From positions 73,891,512 to 73,955,511 of the forward strand of contig NC_068981.1 of assembly GCF_001194135.2 (NCBI RefSeq): DNA of 64,000 nucleotides. Reading direction: 5' to 3'. This document shows, one piece after another, positions 52,622 through 64,000 of this stretch. This DNA is from Octopus bimaculoides (taxonomy: Eukaryota). The notes below the pieces were generated by a model. That model was not told the origin of the DNA. It did not search any database and worked only from the letters and a program-made list of their open reading frames with translations. Every line of letters starts with the position of its first letter. The stretch's first letter is position 1. The position numbers were made by a program, and so were the translations under genes.

Positions 52622-53142
52622 TTAATGCAGTAATTTGGTTTATTCATTAAAACATCAAACAAAAGCCTTGCAGAAATTATTCTGGTTCCTGGCATTCTGT
52701 ATTCAAATTCTGCACACGTCAACCCTACTTTTCATCATTGCAGAATCTATAAATAAAACACCAGTCAAAATCTAGAGTTGATTCTTCTTCCTTTTACTCT
52801 CACAGAATCAACTGCACTGCACTAAAATGGGGTCATGGGAAATGGCTCACAGCACCCTCTTCCTACAAGAAATGGAGTAGAGTTAAGCTAGAGACTAGAA
52901 AGCTTTTCTCATGCAGCATGTTATAAAATCTGTCTGGAGACACTATATAACATGTTAGGCACAAACTAACCTGCATGCAGTGTTGCATGGAATGGTATTC
53001 AGAAAATGAAAAACATCTGTCTTCACTCTCATCACTAGTCTTATATTTGATATTAGGCTAAATGATCTTATATTTGAGTCATTTGGTGAGGCTTTTACAT
53101 GATTATCAACCTGCTATATATTGTGGTCATATCTACCCCTAC

Positions 53143-53176
<34 letters not shown>

Positions 53177-54360
53177 TAAAATGGAATTATGCAGTCCTTG
53201 TCACACTGACTAAAACCATGTTGAGATGGTCATGGCAGGGCTGAAACTGAATAAACATGACCTCATATTTTTGGTTATCTCCTCATTAAAACAAATTTGC
53301 ATGACACCTTGGCCAGGTATTTCCTTCTATAACCTCAAGATCACCGAAGTGGTCAGTAGATTTGGTAGTTGGAAACTGAAAGAAGGCCATTGTGTATATG
53401 TATGACATATGTGCGTGTGTATGTGTATGTCCCCATGTCTTGACATTGCATGATAATTGTAATTGAGTGTCATACAAGCAGTGTCATTCATTTCCAATGT
53501 TCTCTAAGAACATGTCTGGCTAAGGGGGAAATATATTCTTGTTTAGAAGCAGTGAAAGGTTGATGGCAGGAAAAGCATCCATCTATCTGATCCATGCAAG
53601 AATGGAAAAGTGAATGTTAAATGATAGACTTTAAATGATGCTAAATTGTAATAAGCTTCTCTTATCAAAGATTGTTAAAATAATTTGTTATGTAGCCACA
53701 AGTCTAGAAATTTATGAAGAAGGAACAGAAAACTATACCAACCCCAATATTTAAGAGGTACTTAATTCTATCAACCCAAGGTGAAGAAAAAGTCAACCTT
53801 AAAAAAGATCTGAACTCAGAATGAAGTGCTAGAAAACACCATAAGGCATTTTATCTGATGCTCTAACAATTCTGCCAATCCACCATCCTGTAACAGTTAG
53901 CATGGTCACCTTGCAAGGAATGTTGAAATAACAATATAGGAGACTCTACTAAAGAGTTATCTAAGATCTTGAAACCAAGGAAACTAGCAGTGGTCTGCAT
54001 TGCTAAAAGTTAATCAATATAAATGTTTAGATAAAAATAAATTACAATAATTAATTTGTGAGGAGTGAAAAATTCAATGTTTCAGATATACTGTGGTTCA
54101 TATGCTCATATAGAGTTATTAAGTTATTGGAGCATGGGAAGAAGATACTAGAAAAAGTGATAGAGTAGTAAATAAGAATGAATGTAAAGTTCAATTAAAT
54201 ATAGTTTGGATTTATGCTGGGAAGAGAAACATCTGGTGTTGAGCATAATGTTGGAAATAGTATGACAACAGAAGGTTTAAAATGTATTTTGTTACCCCAG
54301 AGACATGTTGAATGGAAAGGGTGGATCAGGCTCAGTGATGGTGGCTAAAATGAAATGCAA

Positions 54361-54481
54361 AGGAAGAAGTTCTAAGCACCTAGGAAGAAGTTCTAGGCAC
54401 CTAGGAAGAAGTTCTAGGCACCTAGGAAGAAGTTCTAGGCACCTAGGAAGAAGTTCTAGGCACCTAGGAAGAAGTTCTAGG
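54361..54481. repeat. 21-bp minisatellite AGGAAGAAGTTCTAGGCACCT, 5 full units plus a partial
   Basis: Near-perfect head-to-tail units with no spacers. Confidence 0.95.
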
Positions 54482-55102
54482 GGTGCTACAGGAGAAAAGA
54501 GTATTGTAAAACCTGAAGAGAAAGAATGAGATGGTTCAAGGCAAGTGTACTGAACAGAGAAAATCACTGAATGAAAAGAAGGTAAACAATGAATTGCAGA
54601 AACAGATGGGAATTGAGCTTGTGATTGATGTTGTAAAGAGAAATGGATGTGGAAGACCAAGACAGGAATTACTAAAGATAATAGAGAAAGAAATAGGAAC
54701 AAGAATGGAATAAAGCAAAATGGAAAAAATTAGGGTTCCTGCAAGGTTGGCCCTTCCTTTAGTAGGGAAAATAGCCATAAATTACTTGTGTTGTTTGAAC
54801 ATTTGCATTTTTCAGATGAGGAAATAAAATATATGTTTACCAGTATCTCAGTTACTAAGATGACTTTGCCATTGACATACACAATTACCTGTCTCCAAAT
54901 CCAAACATCAAGTATCCAAAATACTGGAATTTTTAATTCCTTGCAGCAAAATAACTATTGGATTTTATTTTTATCAATAAACTTCTGAAGAGCCAAGTAG
55001 GGATGTTAAAAGATGGGAGAAACATTAAATTTACCACACATGCACACAGTTGTGTCTCTCAATGTCAAACAGGAGTTAATTATATCATAATTAGTAAGGG
55101 AA

Positions 55103-55564
55103 AAGGCAGTGAGCTGGCAGAATTGTTAGCATGCTGGATGGAATGCTTAGTGGTATTTCGCCTGCCTCTACATTCTGAGTTCAAATTTCACTGAGGTCAA
55201 CTTTGCCTTTCATCCTTTCAGGGTCAAGAAATTAAGTACCAGTGAAACACTGGGGAAGTGGGGTGGTCGATATAATCAACTAGTTCCCTCCTTCAAAATT
55301 TCAGGCCTTGTACCAAAAGTAGAAAGGATTATTAGTAAGGGAATTAAGGCAATGAGCTGGCAGAACCGTAAGAACAGCAGACAAAATGCTTAGCAGCATT
55401 TCATCTGTCTTTATGTTTTGAGTTCAAATTCTGCTGAGGTTGACTTTGCATTTCATTCTTTCAGGGTTGATAAAATAAGTACTAGTCAAATACTAGGATC
55501 AATGTAATCAACTTTCCTCACCCCTCAAAAACTGATGGCCTTGTTCCAAAATTTGAAACCAATT
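55103..55564 (+). mobile_element. Two head-to-tail SINEs (AAGGC..GAGCTGGCAGAA head, CCTTTCATCCTTTC..GGTC..TAAGTACCAG core, (ATT)n tail)
   Basis: Units 55103-55330 and 55344-55564. Family copies at ~10250-10460(-), 36610-36730(-), 38670-38810(+), 48600-48830(+), 53740-53890(-), 57941-58075(+). The core resembles the Nin/Deu conserved SINE domain (from memory). Confidence 0.8.
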
Positions 55565-56189
55565 ATTAGTAAGGGAAATCTCAACAGCAAAATAAGATTT
55601 AAACCTTTTCTATCCTTTGAATCATTATAAAAGAACAACTAAGGTTTTTACAATTATTTATAAATGCATGACATTACAATAACCTTGACCAGAATGTAAT
55701 TTATTACACAAACAGATTTGAAAGATTTTGTACCTGTGAACCTTGACTTAGATAATCTTTTCTAACAATACAAATACATAATATCTAAAACAACACTGAC
55801 AAAAAGTTATGTCAATGAAAAGAAAACCAATCAAGTCTCAAACAAAATTAATAAAAGTAAACAAAGAAACCAGTTGACCAGATTGATAGGGTGTCACATT
55901 ATTGACCAGAAGGTGGACAGTTTGTAGCCTATCATCAACAATGCCAATAAACAGCTCAATTAGTTTCCATGTTGTTAGCTCAGTTCACCTAATTGCAAAT
56001 AAATACATCACATATTTCAAACAGACGAGCTATTGCCATAACACAGGAATATCTATTTTTATTCAGTTACGAATCTCAGGATATTGGACTAAGACCAAGC
56101 TGGGGCATCACATTCAAGGACATAGATGATTATATTGGCCCTAGTACTCATTTTATCAACAACAGATGAGCAAAGGTAACATGGACTTA

Positions 56190-57400
56190 TCAGATCATCC
56201 TATAAGTTCTGTCCGATTTTACCTTTTTTAAAATTGAATGAAATTTAATAGTATTTTAGAATGTCTAATGGAATTTAAAATTATTTTTATGCATTTGTGT
56301 ACATTTAAACTAATTGACTATTATTTTACAGAATAAGAGAATTAAAATTTCTTTGATTAGAACCCTATCTAACATGGAAGTGTCTAAAGAGCATTTAAGG
56401 CACATAATACTTTATGAGTACAAAAAAGGAAACTCTGTAGCCAAAGCGACTCGAAACACACACTCAGTTTATGGGAAAGAATGCTTGAATGAAAGAATGT
56501 GTAGAAGATGGTTTGCATAATTCAGAAGTGGAGATTTCAGCCTAGAAGATGAAGACCGAACAGGACGTCCAGTTGAGTTTGATGATAAGCTCTTTGAAGC
56601 ATTACTTGAAGAAAGTCCTGCATTATCAGTTGAAGAATTGGCAATAAAGCTTAATTCAAACCATACAANNNNNNNNNNAAAGTCCTGCATTATCAGTTGA
56701 AGAATTGGCAATAAAGCTTAATTCAAACCATACAACTGTTCATCGTCATCTTCAACAACTTGGAAAGGTTCCTAAACTTGGAAAATGGGCACCTCGTGAA
56801 TTGTCTGAAAGCAACCACACATCTCAAGTTGACATCTGCTCTTCTCTCCATTCTTGCGAACTCATTTCACCCTTTTTGGATAGACTTGTGACTGGTGATG
56901 GAAAATGGATCTTCTTGTGAAATGTTAAACGTTGCAAAACAGTGACTTGGTAAAAGGGAAAAAGCTCAACCACAACCGAGAAGGGAACTTCATGGGAAAA
57001 ATGTTCTTCTCTCTATCTGGTGGGATTGCAAAGGAGTAATTCACTTTGAATTGTTACTACTTAATGCAACAATCAATGCTCACATCTACTGTCAGCAATT
57101 AGAGCATTTAAACCAAGCTTTGAAGAAAAAAAGACCCACTTTAGTAAATCGAAAAGGAGTGGTGTTTCATCAGGACAATGCGCGACCCCACACTGCAAAG
57201 ATCACATCACAGAAGATCGAAGAGCTTGGTTGGGAAAAAATTCCTCATCCACNNNNNNNNNNNNNNNNNNNNNNNNNNNNNNNNNNNNNNNNNNNNNNNN
57301 NNNNNNNNNNNNNNNNNNNNNNNNNNNNNNNNNNNNNNNNNNNNNNTGATCACTTGTTTTCTTTATTCAAAATTCGGACAGAACTTATGGGATGACCTGA
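56190..57400 (+). mobile_element. Mariner (DD34D) transposon, near full-length, transposase pseudogene
   Basis: TA|TCAGATCATCCTATAAGTTCTGTCC ... GGACAGAACTTATGGGATGACCTGA|TA TIRs. MEVSKEHLRHIILYEYKKG..., [15 protein letters not shown]; in-frame stops (56518, 56918), frameshift, internal N gaps. Confidence 0.93.
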
Positions 57401-57885
57401 TAGATGGGAACTGAACACAGAACAAAGTATTTCCATTAATATTCTACTTCAAGTTCATCTATGAGATGGGAGTAAGCAATGAGAAAGCAATATGCTTTAA
57501 GTGATCTATCAGGAGTAGGCAACAACAAAGTAGTAATTTCCATGTGATTGATCCATCAACACTATATATATATATATATATATAATACATATCACCATTC
57601 GAGCATGGTCGGTGCCAGTGCCACCTGACTGGCTCCCGTGCCAGTGGCACATAAAAAGCACCATTCAAGTATGGCCAGCACCAGTACTACATGACTGGCC
57701 CTCATGCCAGTGGCACGTAAAAAGCATCCACTACACTCTCAGAGTGGTTGGCGTTAGGAAGGGCATCCAACTGTAGAAACTTTGCCAGATCAGACTGGAA
57801 CCTGGTGAAGCCTTCTGGCTTGCCAGCCCTCAGTCAAAACGTCCAACCCATGTCAGCATGGAAAGCTGACGTTAAACAACAGTGA

Positions 57886-57930
<45 letters not shown>

Positions 57931-58094
57931 NNNNNNNNNNCTATTCTGCTGAGGTCAACTGGACCTCTCATCCTTCTGAGGCTGCTAAAATAAGTACCAG
58001 CTGAACACTGGGGTCAATGCAATCGACTTACCCCATCCCCTGAGTATGCTAGCCTTGTGCCAAAATTTGAAACCAGTAATATATTTATATATAT

Positions 58095-58271
58095 ATCCAA
58101 ATTGAGCAAATGCAGCAAGTAAAACCCAGACTACATATGATACATAGCAAGCAGAACCTCATTAGTAATAATTACTCACAACTTTGTTGAGTAATTATTA
58201 TTCACAAGGTTCTGCAAGCTAGGAAGCATATGTAGTCTGGATTTTACCTGCTTCATTCACTCAATCTGGAT
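58095..58271. repeat. Imperfect ~177-bp fold-back hairpin
   Basis: ~85-nt arms around caac-ttt-gttg, e.g. ccagactacatatg / catatgtagtctgg and gcagaacc / ggttctgc. Confidence 0.85.
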
Positions 58272-59064
58272 TTTTATTTGCATTCATAGCAACCCATAAC
58301 TAACCATGAACTATAAAAATACATTTAAAACTAGTTATTTTGCTTGTTATAAAAATACTTTTTTCAGCTTATTGAAATTTGATATGCGAAAAACTGACAA
58401 CCCTCTACACCAATAAACTATTAAAGTTCTCAAAAGTTGTTTTTTATACCTATCATGGACTGCTTGCAATTTACTAATTTCCTATGCCTAGATACTTGGA
58501 TCTTACAATTACATATCATTTTATATATATATATATATATATATCCATCATCATCATCATTATTTAACGTCTATTGTCCATACTGGCATGGGTTAGACGT
58601 TTTGACTGGGCTGATGTGCGGGAATGCAACAGCAGACTCCAGTCTGATTTGGCATGGTCTTTTTACAGCTGGCTGCCCTTCCTAACGCCAATCACTCTGA
58701 GAGTGAAATGGATGCTTTTACGTGCCACAGGCATGGGCACCATTTGTGACACCAAGATGCTTTTACCTGCCAATTTGCATGACACCAGTATCTGCCACAA
58801 CTGCGATTTTTGAGTCTTCTCAAGCATGACATAATGCCAAAAGTCTTGGTCATTGCCTGTGTGAGTCCCAACACTCAAAAGAAACTCAGTCACTTTGCCT
58901 CCGTGAGGCCCAATACTTGAAAGGAATTCAGTCACTTTGCCTTCATGAGGCCCACAGTTCAAAAGGTGTTCTTTATGGGCAACCAGCACAGGTGCACTTT
59001 GCTTGATGGGTCATCTCAAGCACAGCACAACGTCAATTGCATCTGTGAGGCTCAAAGTTCAAAG

Positions 59065-59265
59065 ACCAAGCTTCACTACCTCTACTACAGGTTCTAGCTC
59101 TACCACAGGTTCCCTCCACAGTTAGAGATCGGCACTTCTTTACACAGCTGTCCTTGTCCATATGCATCACATGACCATAGTTGTCTCTCTTGCACACCAC
59201 ATCTAATGCCTCTTGTGCCTAACTTGTCTCTCAAGATGCTTACACTCTGCTGAAGCATATACATA
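59065..59265 (-). mobile_element. RTE ORF 3' end fragment
   Basis: Minus-strand YGHVMHMDKDSCVKKCRSLTVEGTCGR. Confidence 0.7.
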
Positions 59266-59408
59266 TCCTCATTGTTTTAGCATCCACTTTGCCACATTTA
59301 CATGGGTCCAATGGAATTTATTGAGGCAGATTTCCCATGGCAAGATACCTTTCCTGTTGCTAACTCTCACCTGTTTCCAGATAAGGTATTACTTTCATGT
59401 GGGTGTGC

Positions 59409-59454
<46 letters not shown>

Positions 59455-59575
59455 NNNNNNNNNNNNNNNNNNNNNNNNNNNNNNNNNNNNNNNNNNNNNN
59501 NNNNNNNNNNNNNNNNNNNNNNNNNNNNNNNNNNNNNNNNNNNNNNNNNNNNNNNNNNNNNNNNNNNNNNNNNNN

Positions 59576-59620
<45 letters not shown>

Positions 59621-60719
59621 GTGGTGGGGTCAAAACAACCCAGCAAATATGAAAAGGAAGAGATAAGAATTAACCGATAAACTTAGATGAGTAAAACTCA
59701 AGAACATTCAGTTAACACGCAATACACATGCAGACCAAGTTGTGACCCACCAAACTTACTCATCAATTTCCAGTAAGTTAAGCACCTTCCTTGAGTCATT
59801 CCCATTCTGCTTTAACTCTTTTACACCCGTTTTTCCCATGCTTTCTTACAATTATTTTTACAGTAAGTTGCTCTTCTGACTGTTAACCACTCAAAAGTAA
59901 AACAGAGCATTTGTTTTTATTCTGTGTCAGTCATGCAAACTGGAGCGCACCAAATTGTGGTTTACATAATTCCTAGTTACAACACAATAACTATAGTAAA
60001 ACATATTAGTAATGCAACTAAACAAACCAGTACTATGAAAAGCAAAGAAAAAAAAAAGAAAGAAAAACTAATAGGAAAAAAATGTTTCAATGAACAATTG
60101 CTGAACCTTTAAGTGGGGGCGGGGTCTTTTCTATGACATTAAATGGAATACTTATAATCTCTGTTCTGTATAAACTGCCAATCTTCCACAATAGCTAATA
60201 ATCTCAAGAGAACTCCTGTGAATAACTAATGTAACATTATTAGTATTATCGATATTAGAAGTTGGTGACTGTTCAGTGCCAGGTCAGATCTCATTGAGCA
60301 AACTTTGTGGCTTGTATGGTTAGGAAGTTCAAAACCACCTTATCATCACAAACCTCAGCATCATTTAACAATCGCTTTCCATGTTGGCATGGTTTGGACT
60401 ATCCTGCACAAAAAACACTTTCAGCCAGTGTTTTTCACCATAACTTCCAGCTGACCTATATACTGCCTGAGTGGAATTTAGTAGAAGCCTATTGTATATG
60501 TGCAGGTATATGTATAACCCATGACAGCATGAAAAGTGGAAAGATGATGATGATGATTATGATACCCACACACACATGTATCATCATCATTTTTATGTCT
60601 ACTTTCCCATGATTGCATGGGTCAAATAAAATTTGTTGAGGCAGATATTCTTTGATCTGATGCTTTTCCTGTTGCCAACCCTAGCTTGTTTCCAAGCAAA
60701 GTAAAATTTACAGTTAGTC

Positions 60720-60925
60720 TGATGTGAAGCATATGGATAAGGACAGCTGTATAAAGAAGTTCCGATCCCTAAAAGTTAATGGAACTTGCAGAAGAGGGAG
60801 ACCCAGGAAGATATGTGACAAGATGGTAAAGACTGATCTCAGGACCTTGAACCTCATGGAGATGACAAAGGACCAAGGCAGCTGGCAATATGCGGTTCTC
60901 GAGAAGATCTACACATATCAGAATA
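60720..60925 (+). mobile_element. RTE ORF 3' end fragment
   Basis: MKHMDKDSCIKKFRSLKVNGTCRRGRPRKICDKMVKTDLRTLNL. Confidence 0.75.
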
Positions 60926-62789
60926 ACTGAGTTCTAACAGAGGTCTGAGTGTGTGAGCACAGTTGGCCCCTCTGTCCAGTTCCCTTTCTGGTCAAGACAT
61001 CCACCACTCATCACCTCCCTAACCACAGTTACTCTTTGATACCACTTGTTAGCCACTGACATTCATTACTCCTGATCTTCATCCATATCTTTACTAATTA
61101 CCACCACCCTCACTGTGCCACCAAATTCTCTCTCCTGTCCCCCTCATACATTGCACATTCCTCTCTTCCCCATCCACTCCCGCAACCTACCCAACAGCAG
61201 GTCAGCTTTCTTTCATCCTCCTTTTCACTGTATCATTGTCTCTATCCTGCTGTCCCACACCAGATATCCCCAACTCCCTCCACTCACTTCTGGTACCCAT
61301 TCCTACTCACTTTGTGAAGGTCCACTTTGACACCTCAACACCAATTTTTAGCTCTCCACTTTCTTCTAAAATGAGAGTAGTTGTGTAGCTTCCCTTCAGT
61401 AATAAACCTGGTTGCTCTGGCCCTTTTCTTTCATGCTTTATACATCTCTATTCCTTGTTTTCCCACCCCACTTGCAAACTAAATGGTAACCTCACTCATA
61501 GTGGTGGGATGAAAAACAAAAAGCACCTAGCACACACTGTAAAGTAGTTGGCATAAGGAAGAGCATCCAACCAAACAACCCATGGCAAACAGACACTGGA
61601 ACATAATGTGGTTGTTAGGCCCATCAGATCCTATCAAACCCTCTAACCCATACTGGCAAAGAAAATGGACATTAACCTTTTAGCATTTAAACCAGCCACA
61701 TCCTGCCAAAATATTCTGACTCTTTTATGTTTAAATTGGCCAGATCCAACTTCTCACGCCTACCTTACAATATCATTCTAAAAATATACAATCACATCAT
61801 TGAATGAAATCTTTAAACTATAAGATATTGCATAAATAATTCAAAATAATGTGAATAAATAAGCATTACATTTGACAGAGATCTAATCTGAATGTTAAAG
61901 GGTTAATTGATAATACTGAGTTCAGAGATTTTTTTTCAATGAAAATTGCAAACAATACTATTTGTGTGATGGCATTATTTCTTTACAATTAGTGTACAAT
62001 ATCAAGAAAAGGACAACATGTACATTCACACACATACATAAGCATATAGTACAATAAACTGTTGCAGCTAAAAGACATTCAACTGTCTAGCATCCATACA
62101 TTATGTCACATACATAGTTTCTGTCACTACATTTTCTACAGCTATGACAGTGGTCTCTGCCCTCCTTATCTAGCAGTTTTCATACTATCAGCTCCTTAAC
62201 CCTTTTTAGCAGCCAGGTTACTCTGCCAAATTATCTATTCACACTGTTTTGAATTAATGCATTATCTCATAGCTTTGAGATTTTGATGATATGATTGTTT
62301 ATTTTTAGAATAACATGGTAAAATAGGTGTGACAGACTGGATCTGGTCAGTTTAAACTTAAAACAGTTAAAATATTTGGGCAAGATACAGTAGGTTAAAA
62401 TGCTAAAGTGTTAAACCACCTAACAGTCTCTTTCTTCAGACAGACACAAAAAAAAAAGCAATAGAGCAATCTCATCGTCATTTAACATCCATTCTCTATG
62501 ATGGGTTGGATGGTTTGACAAGAGCTGGCAAACCAAAGGGCTGTGCCAAGTTCTGTTATCTGTTTTGGCATGGTTTCTATGGCTGAATGCTCTTCTTAAC
62601 CTCAAAGTCAGACAAAATCACAAACATACTTAAAACACCAAGGGCCTGAAGAAATCAAAACATTCACTGGAGACAACTACTCATACCAACATTGCTAAAT
62701 TTCACAGATCTTGAAACTGGGAAAAAAATTATAAAACAGTTCTACAAAATCCCAAGTGAAGTAACATCTTAAAGAGTTTACCACCTTTG

Positions 62790-63500
62790 TATGAACACTG
62801 GGAAAATTCTATTCCATAAACTCCCTCTCCACATCATAACATGGACTCAGACCACTACATTCAACCAGCAGGTAACAGCTTTCAGTTATTCTGGCTCAAA
62901 GTCTCCCTCTCTCATTGCCTTAAATATATCTGCTCTCGCTTTGATAAGATCTTTCTCTGTGTTGAGAATACATATTACCTCTTCCTTCTTTGAAGTCCAA
63001 AGTGATTTCAATGCAATGGTGTTGCCCTAAGCATCAGCAAGGTCTCCAGTCATATCCTGCATGTAAATCTCCTACCAAAACCCCCCACCTATGGGTCCTA
63101 CCCTTCTCTCATCTCTTGGATTAGTAACTTCTGATCGTATCATATTATAAGTGTTGTCAGATCTCTTAGTTAGCTCTGGTATACCACAGGGTTAAGTTTT
63201 GCCTCCCACTCCCTCCCTTCTATACATTAATGACCTACTTGTCATTACATCTAGCAACAACCACTCTTATGCAAATGATATGCTTTTCATTCACCTAAAT
63301 ACCATACATGAAACATGCAGTAATTCTATACATGGAGATCTTCAAAGTATCCTCCAGTGAGGGCCATGCCAAATTCGTTTCTTTTTAAAAGCAAAATAGA
63401 CTCAAAAACTGACAAGGAAAATCCCTGCACTACATGCCCCATAAACATGAGAAGCACTCAATGCCATCCATGGTTGGGCCTTACTATTGCCAAGGATCTC
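62790..63500 (+). mobile_element. Old CR1/L2-like LINE RT fragment
   Basis: 63178-63290 reads GIPQG*VLPPTPSLLYINDLLVITSSNNHSYANDML (PQG and YADD-like motifs). Confidence 0.6.
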
Positions 63501-64000
63501 GCCTGGCAAAAATTCATTTGTTAGGACCACATCCCTTAGTCTGACCCTTCCCTTTCTGGCCATAAAATCTCTTACAGACACACTCCAATCTTTGGTTCAC
63601 TGACATTGCCAGCCTGTCTTTTCTATTGTTATTTAAAGGCAAAGAGAAGACATGTAGCCCAGTGGTTGGGATGCTGCACTCACAATTGTAAGATCAAAAG
63701 TTTCAATTCTTGGACCAGGCAGGGAGTTGTGTTTTTGAACAAAACACTTCATTTCACATTGCTTTGTAATTATTTCGATATCTGATGTGTGACACACTGT
63801 GCACCTGATCTAATAGAGAAAATGAGCTAATGAACAGCATAAACATTTGATTACTATAAACTAATCATCTGTGCAGGTTGTTCAGCAAGAAATTTCATTA
63901 CCCTCATCTGCTGTCTATGACAAGGGAATCCACTGTAATGGCAGCTGTTCCTCAAAGTTGGCCAATCTTGTACTGCTTCCATTCAGGCATCCACAGTCCA

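Noticed and set aside
54305-54702. ORFs with SSRHLGR / LELLPRC repeats; possible CRISPR-like array
   Set aside because: Simple 21-bp tandem repeat without spacers in a eukaryotic intron; the ORFs arise because the unit is a multiple of 3.
56620-56740. Direct duplication inside the mariner transposase
   Set aside because: Identical sequence on both sides of a 10-N gap: an unmerged contig overlap (assembly artefact).
22120-59680. Numerous long ORFs in the track spanning X runs or YI/HT/CV/ER repeats
   Set aside because: Artefacts of N gaps and dinucleotide microsatellites.

Overview
AT-rich, repeat-dense eukaryotic genomic DNA with several N gaps. The SINE/RTE repertoire and microsatellite load point to an octopod cephalopod, probably Octopus (inference). 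One protein-coding gene is present: WDR45B/WIPI3, an autophagy PROPPIN, on the minus strand. Coding exons 2-10 (32074 down to stop at 2475) were reconstructed by hand with GT-AG sites and continuous frame. Exon 1 was not found, so 32075-64000 is probably a >32 kb first intron. The rest is transposon-derived: two copies of a DD34D mariner, two deleted Tc1/mariner derivatives, RTE and CR1/L2-like LINE fragments, several tRNA-derived SINE families, about 10 copies of a ~220-bp TTAA-flanked piggyBac-like MITE, and hAT-type MITEs. The most interesting signal is three unrelated short repeat families carrying minimal type I hammerhead ribozyme folds (CUGAUGA / GAAA / palindromic helix III) in inverted or partial-tandem arrays. 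This resembles Penelope-like pLTRs or non-LTR retrozymes; one copy (518-559) has a fully canonical core. Exon, TIR/TSD and ribozyme coordinates were counted by hand; other repeat boundaries are approximate.
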